This document shows positions 20,796 to 29,438 of a DNA stretch of 64,000 nt, in pieces. This stretch comes from Candidatus Poribacteria bacterium. Its GTDB lineage: Bacteria; Poribacteria; WGA-4E; PCPOR2b. The stretch is from assembly GCA_965198175.1 (NCBI GenBank), contig OZ240245.1, positions 928,001 through 992,000 of the forward strand. Direction: 5' to 3'. The position numbers and the translations under genes were made by a program. Position 1 is the stretch's first letter; every line of letters begins with the position of its first letter. The notes beneath the pieces were generated by a model. The model ran no database searches and was not told the origin of the DNA. It worked only from the letters and a program-made list of their open reading frames with translations.

Positions 20796-21533
20796 ATGTT
20801 AAGCGACGAAGCGAAAAAACAGTTTCATGACGAAGGATACCTCGTTTTTGAGCAACTCATTTCCGGCGAAAAACTTGACCACTATGTGTCGGTTTTCGAT
20901 GAATTGGTTGTGCGAAGCCGACATATCCCTGTCAATACCTCGCACTGGTCATTCGAGATCGACGAATGCGGTCAACAGATTCCGGGCTTTCTGCACAAAA
21001 TTCAAGGTGTCTGCGTCCTCGAACCGCGTGTCGTCGCGCTTGCGAAAGAACCGGAAATCCTTGCCCGCATCGCATCTCTGATCGGTCCGGACATTGACGT
21101 GTTTGGGACAAAGTTTTTCCCAAAGCTCCCAGGTGGTGGAACGTCTGTCCACTGGCATCAGGACAACTTCTACTTCGGCTCGAACACGGAGCGGATTGTG
21201 AGTTGTGGGATTTACCTCCAAGACGCGGACCGGGAAAACGGCTGCCTGCGTCTGGTTCCCAAAAGCCATAAGTCGCAAGTCATCGCAACACATCACAGGA
21301 ACCCTAACACCTATGGCAGTTGGGTTAAAATTGATGAATCGGAGTCCATTGATGTCGAACTGCCGGGCGGTTCGGTTGTCCTATTCTCGGCAAACTTGTT
21401 ACACGGCAGCCACGAAAATCGCAGCGATCGGACGCGCTACAGCGCGGCATGGCATTACACACCCGCTGACCTGCTGCTTGAGCGTTTTCCGCGTGATGAA
21501 TATAAGGACCGGCACATTGTTCTAGGCAGTTAA
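20796..21533 (+). CDS. PhyH family dioxygenase
   Basis: FHDEGYL, WHQD, NGCLRLVPKSH, LLHGS, RTR. Confidence 0.9.
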   Translation: MLSDEAKKQFHDEGYLVFEQLISGEKLDHYVSVFDELVVRSRHIPVNTSHWSFEIDECGQQIPGFLHKIQGVCVLEPRVVALAKEPEILARIASLIGPDIDVFGTKFFPKLPGGGTSVHWHQDNFYFGSNTERIVSCGIYLQDADRENGCLRLVPKSHKSQVIATHHRNPNTYGSWVKIDESESIDVELPGGSVVLFSANLLHGSHENRSDRTRYSAAWHYTPADLLLERFPRDEYKDRHIVLGS

Positions 21534-21633
21534 AAACGGTTCGTGGTCACCGCAGGAGCGGAGGCTGCGCCTTGAGTTCAAATGGCGCACCCACCCAATC
21601 GGCAGTTTTAACCCATGGCCACTCGAAAAAAAT

Positions 21634-21659
21634 GGTAGAAAAAATCGCAGAACGGCGTT
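21634..21659 (+). promoter_or_regulatory. ECF-type promoter of sigma copy 3 (GGTAGA-16-CGTT)
   Basis: Bipartite motif, A-tract upstream. Confidence 0.7.
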
Positions 21660-21691
21660 TTGGTTAAGGTACAGGAGAGGAACGAAGAACA

Positions 21692-23164
21692 GTGGATAAT
21701 GACAGTACACTCATTTGTCGCGCCCAAGCTGGGGATGAAGGTGCGTTTGTCGACCTGATACGGGCATATCACCCCTTCGTTTATGCAATTGTCGTTGCAA
21801 TCGTGAATAATCCACAAGATGCCGAAGAGATTGTCCAAGACACTTTTCTCAACGTCTATCGTGGTTTGGCGCAGTATGAGGAGAGGGCAAAATTCAAAAC
21901 TTGGCTCGCAGAGATTGCTCGAAATCGCGCACGAAGTTGGCTGAGAAAACAGCGGATTGATACTGTTCCTATTGACGAATTAAGCCTGCTTGATGAAGTC
22001 AGTAAACCCACCGTCAGGACGCAAGATTCGCCGGAAGAACAGTTGATTCGCCGTGAACAGAGCGAACTGATTCGTCGCGCACTCGGAACGCTATCGCCAA
22101 AAGAGCGGGAGATTGCACGCTCGTATTACGTTGACGGCGCGAGCTACGACGAACTAATGAGTACACACGGGCTGTCTTACAAAGCGATTTCGGTTCGGCT
22201 CTCGCGCGCCAAACAGAAACTCGCTAAACGGTTGGGTCATCTGCTCACTGGTGTGTTCGTTTCTCCGATAACCACACTCAAACAAATCTACTCAGGAGAT
22301 GTCATGAAAGTTGGAACAGTACCGAAAATCACTGCCGGGGCAGTAGCCGTCATTGTACTCGTCTTCATCGGGGCACGCCAGTTCATATTGTCGAAAGAGG
22401 ATTCGTCCCCTTCGGTCGAGGTTGTGACTTCAACTGAGTCCGCACAATCGGTCACCCAAAGGGATGCCACGCATAAAGGCGCGGTTACCGCACCCTCGCG
22501 TGAAGACAAGCCGCAAATCTCCGCAGCGGAGATGCAGCAGATTGAGGACTTCTTCGCTCAACTCGATGAATCAGACGCACAATCGGAGACAGATACGACA
22601 CAACTAGCAACGGACGCAGCATCCAATCGAGATTCCGATTCAGATAACGTCACCGATTCATCTATTGCATCAGAAGGCACAAGCTTATCCGCCGAAGAGT
22701 TGATGGACACTTATGTCGATGCATACAGGAATTCTGACTTTGAGGCATTGCTCCCGTACGTGGCAGGGGCTGCCAGAAATCACATTGAAACTACTTTGCA
22801 CATCTTCAGCGGTGGGTTTTCAGAAGACATAGCAAATCGTATTTCAGAAGAGATGTCAGAAGAAAAAGAAGCGATGTCGGAAGAAGAGGTGGTTAGTCTA
22901 CAGCAGATGATATTGGAGATAACGCAGAGTTCAAAAGTGCAGGCGAAGATACGGGAGATGGCACAGGGGATGTATGGCCAGATAGAGATTGTTCGGAGCG
23001 AATATGTCGGCGATGAATTTCACTTCGGATTGCGGGTACCAATGCCGAAACTACCGGGGTTGGCAGAACTACCTCCGGGGTTTCCAGAACTGCCAAAGAG
23101 CATAATTCGTCTCGTTAAGATGAGGAATGTTGATGGAGTGTGGATAATTTATGAAAGGGAATAA
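21692..23164 (+). CDS. Membrane-tethered ECF sigma factor, copy 3
   Basis: Same architecture; WLAEIARN, KAISVRLS. Confidence 0.92.
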   Translation: MDNDSTLICRAQAGDEGAFVDLIRAYHPFVYAIVVAIVNNPQDAEEIVQDTFLNVYRGLAQYEERAKFKTWLAEIARNRARSWLRKQRIDTVPIDELSLLDEVSKPTVRTQDSPEEQLIRREQSELIRRALGTLSPKEREIARSYYVDGASYDELMSTHGLSYKAISVRLSRAKQKLAKRLGHLLTGVFVSPITTLKQIYSGDVMKVGTVPKITAGAVAVIVLVFIGARQFILSKEDSSPSVEVVTSTESAQSVTQRDATHKGAVTAPSREDKPQISAAEMQQIEDFFAQLDESDAQSETDTTQLATDAASNRDSDSDNVTDSSIASEGTSLSAEELMDTYVDAYRNSDFEALLPYVAGAARNHIETTLHIFSGGFSEDIANRISEEMSEEKEAMSEEEVVSLQQMILEITQSSKVQAKIREMAQGMYGQIEIVRSEYVGDEFHFGLRVPMPKLPGLAELPPGFPELPKSIIRLVKMRNVDGVWIIYERE

Positions 23165-23201
23165 TCAATGAACTCCCAACCCAATTTCACAAGACTTCAC
23201 G

Positions 23202-23231
23202 AGGCGAATGGTCCAACCCATTCGCCTTTTT
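23202..23231 (+). terminator. Array terminator
   Basis: AGGCGAATGG-TCCAAC-CCATTCGCCT-TTTT. Confidence 0.88.
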
Positions 23232-23247
23232 CATTTTCAACCCGCAA

Positions 23248-23301
23248 AAAATCTGTTATCCTGAGAACCCTTTAATCCAGTAAATCCTGATTCAGACAGT
23301 T
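23248..23301. repeat. ATCCT-rich repeat, copy 2
   Basis: Matches 19857-19910. Confidence 0.85.
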
Positions 23302-23359
23302 CGGCAACAGATACACTCTGCTAATAATCTTCTCTTTCTGCCGAGAAATCGTCCGCCCG

Positions 23360-23386
23360 TGTAATTTTTCGGTCTTTTGCATTGTC
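23360..23386 (+). promoter_or_regulatory. Candidate ECF promoter of sigma copy 4 (TGTAAT-17-TGTC)
   Basis: Same position and shape as the others but different -35 and spacer. Confidence 0.5.
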
Positions 23387-23423
23387 TTACTAAATGAAGC
23401 CATTCGGTGAGAGGAATAGAACC

Positions 23424-26015
23424 ATGTACACAGAAGATGGATACATCATCGGAAAATGTCTTAATGGGGAACCGGCGGCGTTTGGCTTGCTCGTCGATAA
23501 ATACAAGTCGAGCGTCTACGCTCTCGCTTACACAAAGCTTAGAAACTTCCACGATGCTGAAGATGTCACTCAAGAGGTTTTTATTAAAGCCTATCAGAAG
23601 CTCTCTACCCTCAAGCGGCGGGATAATTTCTTGGCGTGGCTATTCTCGATTACCGTTAATTCGTGTAAAAATTTTCTCACATCACGGGCACGCCGTCCAG
23701 ATGGGGACTACATCGAAGACCAAGATGCGACGGTCTGGGACGCGCCCTCAATTGATACCTATCGAAGCGAATCCGCAGCCGAATCCATCCGCGAGGCAAT
23801 AGATCAACTGCCCGAAATCTATCGACAGACGTTGACGCTCTACTATCTTGGTGGTCTGAGCAGCAAAGAGATTGCGCGGTTTTTGGGGACTTCTGTCAAC
23901 ACCGTCAACCAGCGGCTGATGCGAGCCAGAACCAAACTGAAGGAGGAGTTAATCGCGATGATAGACACCACATTTGCAGAGAAAAAATTACAGTCTGGCT
24001 TTACGTTCCGAATCGTCGACGCTATTAAATCAACCAAAGTGCAACCAATTTCAACGAAGCCGTTGCTTCCGTTCATCGGTTCGGCGACAGTCGGGATTGT
24101 TCTAACCTTTATGCTTTCCAATCAATTTCTCCGTCCAGTCGCTACGCCCGGCGATTTCACCAGTTCACCGCTTCCCAGCGAAATCCAGATGACAATGTTT
24201 GGAGAGATTCCAGTTGAACTCGTTGCTGATGCGTCCAAACCGCCGACGGTTCTTGGTGAACGCGGAACGGGGGTTGTCGGCAATTCGCACGAGCAACCGC
24301 GTCAGATGAACGCCGCCGCAGTTAAAATTTCAAAGACCGAGATACCGGCGTCGTACAAACTGGACAATGGACTAACAGTCATTCTACGCCCCGTTCCCTC
24401 ATCAAGCCAAGTGGCGATTGTACTGCTGTACGATTTGGGACGCGACCACGACTCCACCAGCAAAGTGCACGTAATCGAGCGCCTGTATTGGACCGCTACA
24501 GCGGGGGACACGCCAGCACTTGACGTCGTGCAGCGTCTGAACCGCTATGTCACGGGCCCGATTGCTTACGCAGGCTTCGAATACACCGTTTTTGGAGGCG
24601 TCGTCCAAGCAGAACAATTCCCAGCGGAGTTAAGAGATGCGGCGGCTCGCATGAACCATCTGCGCATCACCGAAGCCAATCTGGATCGCGAGTTGCGCGA
24701 TGCGCCCGGGCACGTAGAGGCTATGGCTCTTGACGAACTCCAGCAGTTTTGGCAGGATTACTACAAGCCGAACAACGCCGTACTTGCCATCGCAGGCGGG
24801 TTTGACGTTGCCGATGCGCGAAGGTTAATTCACCAAAAATTCAGTCAAATCTCGCCCGGAGTATCGCCGCCCGCAAAGCCGCCCAAATCTGAAGCGAAGA
24901 CTGGCGAGATACGGGTTCTCACTGCAAAACCTCTGAACGAAGATACGAACGGCGTCGCAGCGATCGAATATGCCGCACCGCCACCTGGGAGCAAGCAATA
25001 CGCGCCGTTCCTGATAGTCGTTTCGCGATTGCTGACAAACCCAGAAAATTTGTCTCAGTCGGGCAAAGCACAACCAATTACTGTGTATTTTGCACCGCTG
25101 GAGGATGGGACCACGCTTGTGCTCCAAATCGACCTGCTATCTGACGAAGATGCTGAGTCCGCACTGGAACGACTCGACCAACGCCTAAACATGGCACTGA
25201 CGCCGAAACTTACGCCGGAGGACAAACAGCGAACGCTCAACGCAATGGCAATGTTGGGCACAGTTGATACGCCGCCGGATACCATGTGGACGCAAAATTT
25301 GTACGGTTTAGCTTTCAGCACCGGTCGTCGGTATCAACTGAAACTGGATGGCAACGAGTTGCGTGATGCCATCCAGCGTGTCACTGATGCAGACATGCAG
25401 CACTTGGCAACGAGTGTATTCGCTCCAGATAAGCGCGACACCGTCATCGTTGGAGAGAACACCCTCGCTCAAATCGAAGAATCGGAGGTGGACACCTCGC
25501 TACTACCGTCAGAATCCGAAACCGAGTCCAGCACAACCGACACCAATGCATCCGCCGAAGAGGTGATGAACGCCTATGTAGAGGCATACAGAAATCTTGA
25601 CCTTGAGACGATGCTCTCCTATGTGACAGGCACCGCCCGAGAAGTGGTAAAAAGTTTTATGGGCATGTTTAGCGGTGAGATCCCAGAAGAGCTTGTAGAT
25701 ATGTATAAAATTGGGCTTTCAGAAGAAATGGCGGGCTTTATAATTCAGATGTTAAAGGAAATGGCGCAGAATCCGATGATGCAATATATATTTAGTCAGG
25801 TAGAGGTGGTGAGCAGCGAATTTGTCGGCGATGAATTCCACTTCCAATTGAGAATACCGATGCCCAGGATAGAGATACCGGACATATCGGAGATTCCCGA
25901 ACTACAAGGGATAGAACTGCCGGAGATGCCCGAACACCAGGAGATGCCAGATACGACGCTTAAGATGCGAAAAGAGGACGGTGTATGGCGAATTTACGAA
26001 ATTATTGATAAGTAG
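23424..26015 (+). CDS. Membrane-tethered ECF sigma factor, copy 4: distinct sigma + TM + degenerate M16 peptidase-like domain + shared C-terminal module
   Basis: DAEDVTQEVF, WLFSITVN; YKLDNGLTVIL, HVIER, YYKPNNAVLAIAGGFD; SAEEVMNAYVEAY...EFVGDEFHF...KMRKEDGVWRIYE. Confidence 0.88.
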   Translation: MYTEDGYIIGKCLNGEPAAFGLLVDKYKSSVYALAYTKLRNFHDAEDVTQEVFIKAYQKLSTLKRRDNFLAWLFSITVNSCKNFLTSRARRPDGDYIEDQDATVWDAPSIDTYRSESAAESIREAIDQLPEIYRQTLTLYYLGGLSSKEIARFLGTSVNTVNQRLMRARTKLKEELIAMIDTTFAEKKLQSGFTFRIVDAIKSTKVQPISTKPLLPFIGSATVGIVLTFMLSNQFLRPVATPGDFTSSPLPSEIQMTMFGEIPVELVADASKPPTVLGERGTGVVGNSHEQPRQMNAAAVKISKTEIPASYKLDNGLTVILRPVPSSSQVAIVLLYDLGRDHDSTSKVHVIERLYWTATAGDTPALDVVQRLNRYVTGPIAYAGFEYTVFGGVVQAEQFPAELRDAAARMNHLRITEANLDRELRDAPGHVEAMALDELQQFWQDYYKPNNAVLAIAGGFDVADARRLIHQKFSQISPGVSPPAKPPKSEAKTGEIRVLTAKPLNEDTNGVAAIEYAAPPPGSKQYAPFLIVVSRLLTNPENLSQSGKAQPITVYFAPLEDGTTLVLQIDLLSDEDAESALERLDQRLNMALTPKLTPEDKQRTLNAMAMLGTVDTPPDTMWTQNLYGLAFSTGRRYQLKLDGNELRDAIQRVTDADMQHLATSVFAPDKRDTVIVGENTLAQIEESEVDTSLLPSESETESSTTDTNASAEEVMNAYVEAYRNLDLETMLSYVTGTAREVVKSFMGMFSGEIPEELVDMYKIGLSEEMAGFIIQMLKEMAQNPMMQYIFSQVEVVSSEFVGDEFHFQLRIPMPRIEIPDISEIPELQGIELPEMPEHQEMPDTTLKMRKEDGVWRIYEIIDK

Positions 26016-26066
26016 TAGAAACGGGGCTCTTTACCAACCCGCAACCGAATCCCCCAAAACTTCATC

Positions 26067-26097
26067 AGGCGAATGGTCAACCCATTCGCCTTTTTTT
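26067..26097 (+). terminator. Array terminator
   Basis: AGGCGAATGG-TCAAC-CCATTCGCC plus T tract. Confidence 0.88.
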
Positions 26098-26112
26098 CTT
26101 TGTAGACCGCGG

Positions 26113-26166
26113 AAAATCTGTTATCCTGAGAATCCTTTAATCCTGTAAATCCTGATCCAGACAGTT
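26113..26166. repeat. ATCCT-rich repeat, copy 3
   Basis: Matches 19857-19910. Confidence 0.85.
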
Positions 26167-26183
26167 AAATCCCCAAAAAAAGT

Positions 26184-26209
26184 GCTAGAAAAAATGGCAG
26201 AACATCGTT
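26184..26209 (+). promoter_or_regulatory. ECF-type promoter of sigma copy 5 (GCTAGA-16-CGTT)
   Basis: Bipartite motif, A-tract upstream. Confidence 0.7.
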
Positions 26210-26246
26210 ATGTTTGATTAAGGGGTATAAGGAGGAATGAGGAACA

Positions 26247-27668
26247 GTGGCTAGCACTAAAGCTCTCATTCGCCGCGTCCAAGCGGGTGACGAAGGTGCA
26301 TTCACGGAGTTAATGCGGGTGCATTACGCCTTCGTTTATGCGATTGTAATCGGGATCGTGAGCAATCCCAACGATGCTGAGGAAGTAGTCCAAGACACCT
26401 TTCTAAACGCCTACCGCGGTTTGGCGCAGTATGAAGATCGGGAAACTTTCAAAAACTGGCTGGCAGAGATTGCCCGAAACAGCGCGCGAGATTGGCTGCG
26501 AAAACTGCGTGTCAATACTGTTCCCATTGACGAGGTGAGCGAGCATACACTTTCAACCCCGGACGCACCCGAGGAACAGCTGATACGCGACGAACAGAGG
26601 GAACTTATTCGCCGTGCAATGCGAACACTCTCGCCAAAAGATGCGGAGATTGCTCGAGCCTACTATCTTGATGGCGCAAGTTACGACGAACTGATTCGGA
26701 CGCATGGGCTGTCTTACAAAGCGATTTCGTTTCGGCTCTCGCGCGCCAAGCAGAAACTCGCCAAGCGATTGGGTCATATGCTCACTGGTGTGTTCGTTTC
26801 TCCGATAACCTCACTCAAACAGATCTACTCAGGAGGATTAACCGTCATGAAAGTTGGAACCGTACCCAAAATTACTGCCGGGGTAGTAGCTATTATTGTA
26901 CTCGCCTTCATCGGGACACGTCAGTTCATATCGTCGAAGGAGGATTCGTCCGCATCGGTTGAGATTGTAACGTCAGCGCCAAATGAGACCGCAAACTCGG
27001 TCGCCCAAACGGACACCGCTCGTAAAGACGCGGTCACCGCAACCCTGCGTGAAGACAAGCCGCAAATCTCCGCAGAGGAAATGGAGCAGATTGAGGACTT
27101 CTTCGCGCAACTCGAAGGTGCAGACCTTCAATCAGAGATGGGTACGCCACAATCCTCATCAGACACAGTAGTTGCTCAAAACACTGATGGACAAATCACA
27201 ACCGACACCGATGTGTTTGCTGAAGACATAGAACAAAGCGCCGAAGAGGTGATGAACACTTATTTGGAGGCATTTAAGACGCTTGACTTTGAGGCACTAC
27301 GCCCGTTATTGACAGGGACTGCTAAAGAAGACCTGGAACGTAATTTACCTGACCTGAAAAATAATTTGGCGGAAATCAATGAGAATAAGGCAGATCCGGT
27401 GCTCAGGCGGATGGTTGAGTTGACGTTAGACCGCATGCGTGGTGGGCTCGAGGTTGTTAGCAGCGAATATGTCGGCGATGAATTCCACTTCCGAGTGAGA
27501 ACGCTCTCACCACAACTCGGAGCACTGATAGAATTGTTGATGCGGGATATGCCGGAAGAGCTACGGGCGGAACTGCCGGAACCCGATATACCAGAGTTGC
27601 CGGAAAGCTTAGAAAACGTTGTTAAGATGCGAAAAGAGGATGGGGTGTGGCTCATTTATGAGGATTGA
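26247..27668 (+). CDS. Membrane-tethered ECF sigma factor, copy 5
   Basis: WLAEIARN, KAISFRLS; same architecture. Confidence 0.92.
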   Translation: MASTKALIRRVQAGDEGAFTELMRVHYAFVYAIVIGIVSNPNDAEEVVQDTFLNAYRGLAQYEDRETFKNWLAEIARNSARDWLRKLRVNTVPIDEVSEHTLSTPDAPEEQLIRDEQRELIRRAMRTLSPKDAEIARAYYLDGASYDELIRTHGLSYKAISFRLSRAKQKLAKRLGHMLTGVFVSPITSLKQIYSGGLTVMKVGTVPKITAGVVAIIVLAFIGTRQFISSKEDSSASVEIVTSAPNETANSVAQTDTARKDAVTATLREDKPQISAEEMEQIEDFFAQLEGADLQSEMGTPQSSSDTVVAQNTDGQITTDTDVFAEDIEQSAEEVMNTYLEAFKTLDFEALRPLLTGTAKEDLERNLPDLKNNLAEINENKADPVLRRMVELTLDRMRGGLEVVSSEYVGDEFHFRVRTLSPQLGALIELLMRDMPEELRAELPEPDIPELPESLENVVKMRKEDGVWLIYED

Positions 27669-27707
27669 AGTCGAGCAACCCGTATCCCAATCCCACAAAA
27701 CTTCATC

Positions 27708-27738
27708 AGGCGAATGGTTCAATCCATTCGCCTTTTTT
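27708..27738 (+). terminator. Array terminator
   Basis: AGGCGAATGG-TTCAAT-CCATTCGCCT-TTTTT. Confidence 0.88.
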
Positions 27739-27753
27739 ATTTTCAGCTCGCGG

Positions 27754-27807
27754 AAAATCTGTTATCCTGAGAATCCTTTAATCCTGTAAATCCTGATCCA
27801 GATAGTT
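27754..27807. repeat. ATCCT-rich repeat, copy 4
   Basis: Matches 26113-26166 almost exactly. Confidence 0.85.
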
Positions 27808-27824
27808 GAATACTCCAAAAAAGC

Positions 27825-27850
27825 GCTAGAATAATCTCAGAAACTGTGTT
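27825..27850 (+). promoter_or_regulatory. ECF-type promoter of sigma copy 6 (GCTAGA-16-TGTT)
   Basis: Bipartite motif, A-tract upstream. Confidence 0.68.
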
Positions 27851-27883
27851 CTGTATAGAGTAGATGGAAGGGAATGAATAACG

Positions 27884-29368
27884 GTGACGAACGACGATAC
27901 GCTCATTTCTCGTGCCCAAGCGGGGGACGAAGGTGCATTCACTGAATTGATGCGGGCGCATTATGCCTTCATTTATGCGATTGTAATCGGAATCGTGAAC
28001 AATCGCAACGATGCTGAGGAAGTGGTCCAAGACACCTTTCTAAACGCCTACCGCGGTTTGGCGCAGTATGAGGAACAGACCAAACTCAAAAGTTGGCTGG
28101 CAAAAATTGCGCGAAATCGTGCGCTAAACTGGCTGCGAGAACAGCGGATTGACACAGTATCCATCGACGAAGTGAGCGAAGATACACTTCAGTCTACGGA
28201 CTCGCCTGACGAACAGTTGATACGCCGCGAACAGAGAGAACTGATTCGCCGTGCAATGGAAACGTTGTCGAAAAAAGATAGGGACATCGCTCAATCGTAC
28301 TATCTTGATGGCGCAAGTTACGACGAACTGATTCGGACGCATGGGCTGTCATACAAGGCGATTTCGTTTCGACTCTCGCGTGCCAAACAGAAACTCGCCA
28401 AACGGTTGGGTCATCTGCTCACTGGGGTGTTCGTTTCTCCGATAACCTCACTCAAACAGATCTACTCAGGAGGATTAACCGTCATGAAAGTTGGAACAGT
28501 ACCCAAAATCACTGCCGGTGCAGTAGCCATCATTGTACTCGCCTTCATCGGGACACGCCAGTTCATATCGTCGAAGGAGGATTCGTCCGCATCGGTTGAG
28601 GTCGCAACATCAACACCAAATGAGTCCGCAAACTCGGTTGCCCAAAGGAACGGCACGCGTAAAGGTGCGGTTACCGCGCCCTTACCCGAAGACAAGCCGC
28701 AAATCTCCGCAGAGGAAATGGAGCAGATTGAGGACTTCTTCGCGCAACTCGAAGGTGCAGACGCGCAATCGGAGACAGATACGACACAACAAGCAACGGA
28801 CGCAGTATCTGATCGAGATTCCGAATCAGGCAACACCGATCCATCTGTTGCATCAGAAGGCGCGGGCTTATCCGCTGAAGAAGTAATGAACGCTTATGTA
28901 GAGGCATTTAGGAACGTGGATTTTGAGGCAACACTCCCATTCGTGACAGGGACTTACAGAGACCATATTGAAGCTAGTTTACCTATCCTCGGTGGGGAGA
29001 TTCCAGAAGAATTCGTAATTGAAATCTTAAATGCAATTGAAGACAATATGCCAGAAGGGGTGCCAGAAGCGTTGTTAGAAGAAACGAGAGAATTTGTGAT
29101 TCAGTCTATACAGAAGGGACTGGATGCAATTCAATCTCCGGAAGGACAGGCGAAGATGCGGGAGGGTTATAGTCAGATAGAGATTGTGAGTAGTGAATAT
29201 GTCGGCGATGAATTTCATTTCCGATTAGAAGCGCCAACGTCGGATGACCCCGCGAACACTGGATTCGTTCTTAAGATGCGAAAAGTGGACGGGGAGTGGC
29301 GAATTTATGATGGGAAGGGTAATATACTGATGGACGAATTATTTACGATGGAAAAGGTAATATACTGA
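27884..29368 (+). CDS. Membrane-tethered ECF sigma factor, copy 6
   Basis: WLAKIARN, KAISFRLS; same architecture. Confidence 0.92.
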   Translation: MTNDDTLISRAQAGDEGAFTELMRAHYAFIYAIVIGIVNNRNDAEEVVQDTFLNAYRGLAQYEEQTKLKSWLAKIARNRALNWLREQRIDTVSIDEVSEDTLQSTDSPDEQLIRREQRELIRRAMETLSKKDRDIAQSYYLDGASYDELIRTHGLSYKAISFRLSRAKQKLAKRLGHLLTGVFVSPITSLKQIYSGGLTVMKVGTVPKITAGAVAIIVLAFIGTRQFISSKEDSSASVEVATSTPNESANSVAQRNGTRKGAVTAPLPEDKPQISAEEMEQIEDFFAQLEGADAQSETDTTQQATDAVSDRDSESGNTDPSVASEGAGLSAEEVMNAYVEAFRNVDFEATLPFVTGTYRDHIEASLPILGGEIPEEFVIEILNAIEDNMPEGVPEALLEETREFVIQSIQKGLDAIQSPEGQAKMREGYSQIEIVSSEYVGDEFHFRLEAPTSDDPANTGFVLKMRKVDGEWRIYDGKGNILMDELFTMEKVIY

Positions 29369-29409
29369 TGGATTAGACCAACTCTCACTTCGCTCCGTTA
29401 GACTTCATC

Positions 29410-29438
29410 AGGCGAATGGTTCAACCCATTCGCCTTTT
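29410..29438 (+). terminator. Array terminator overlapping the rarA 3' end
   Basis: AGGCGAATGG-TTCAAC-CCATTCGCCT-TTT; opposite strand encodes RRMG-stop of rarA. Confidence 0.8.

Noticed and set aside
15760..29368. Diversity-generating retroelement or invertible shufflon as the source of C-terminal variability
   Set aside because: No reverse transcriptase, template repeat or invertase is in the window; variation involves large indels rather than adenine-specific substitutions, and all units are co-oriented.
16295..29438. Repeated hairpins as integron attC sites or a CRISPR array
   Set aside because: They are perfect stems with T tracts (terminator-like), kilobases apart, lack attC-type ends and have no integron integrase nearby.
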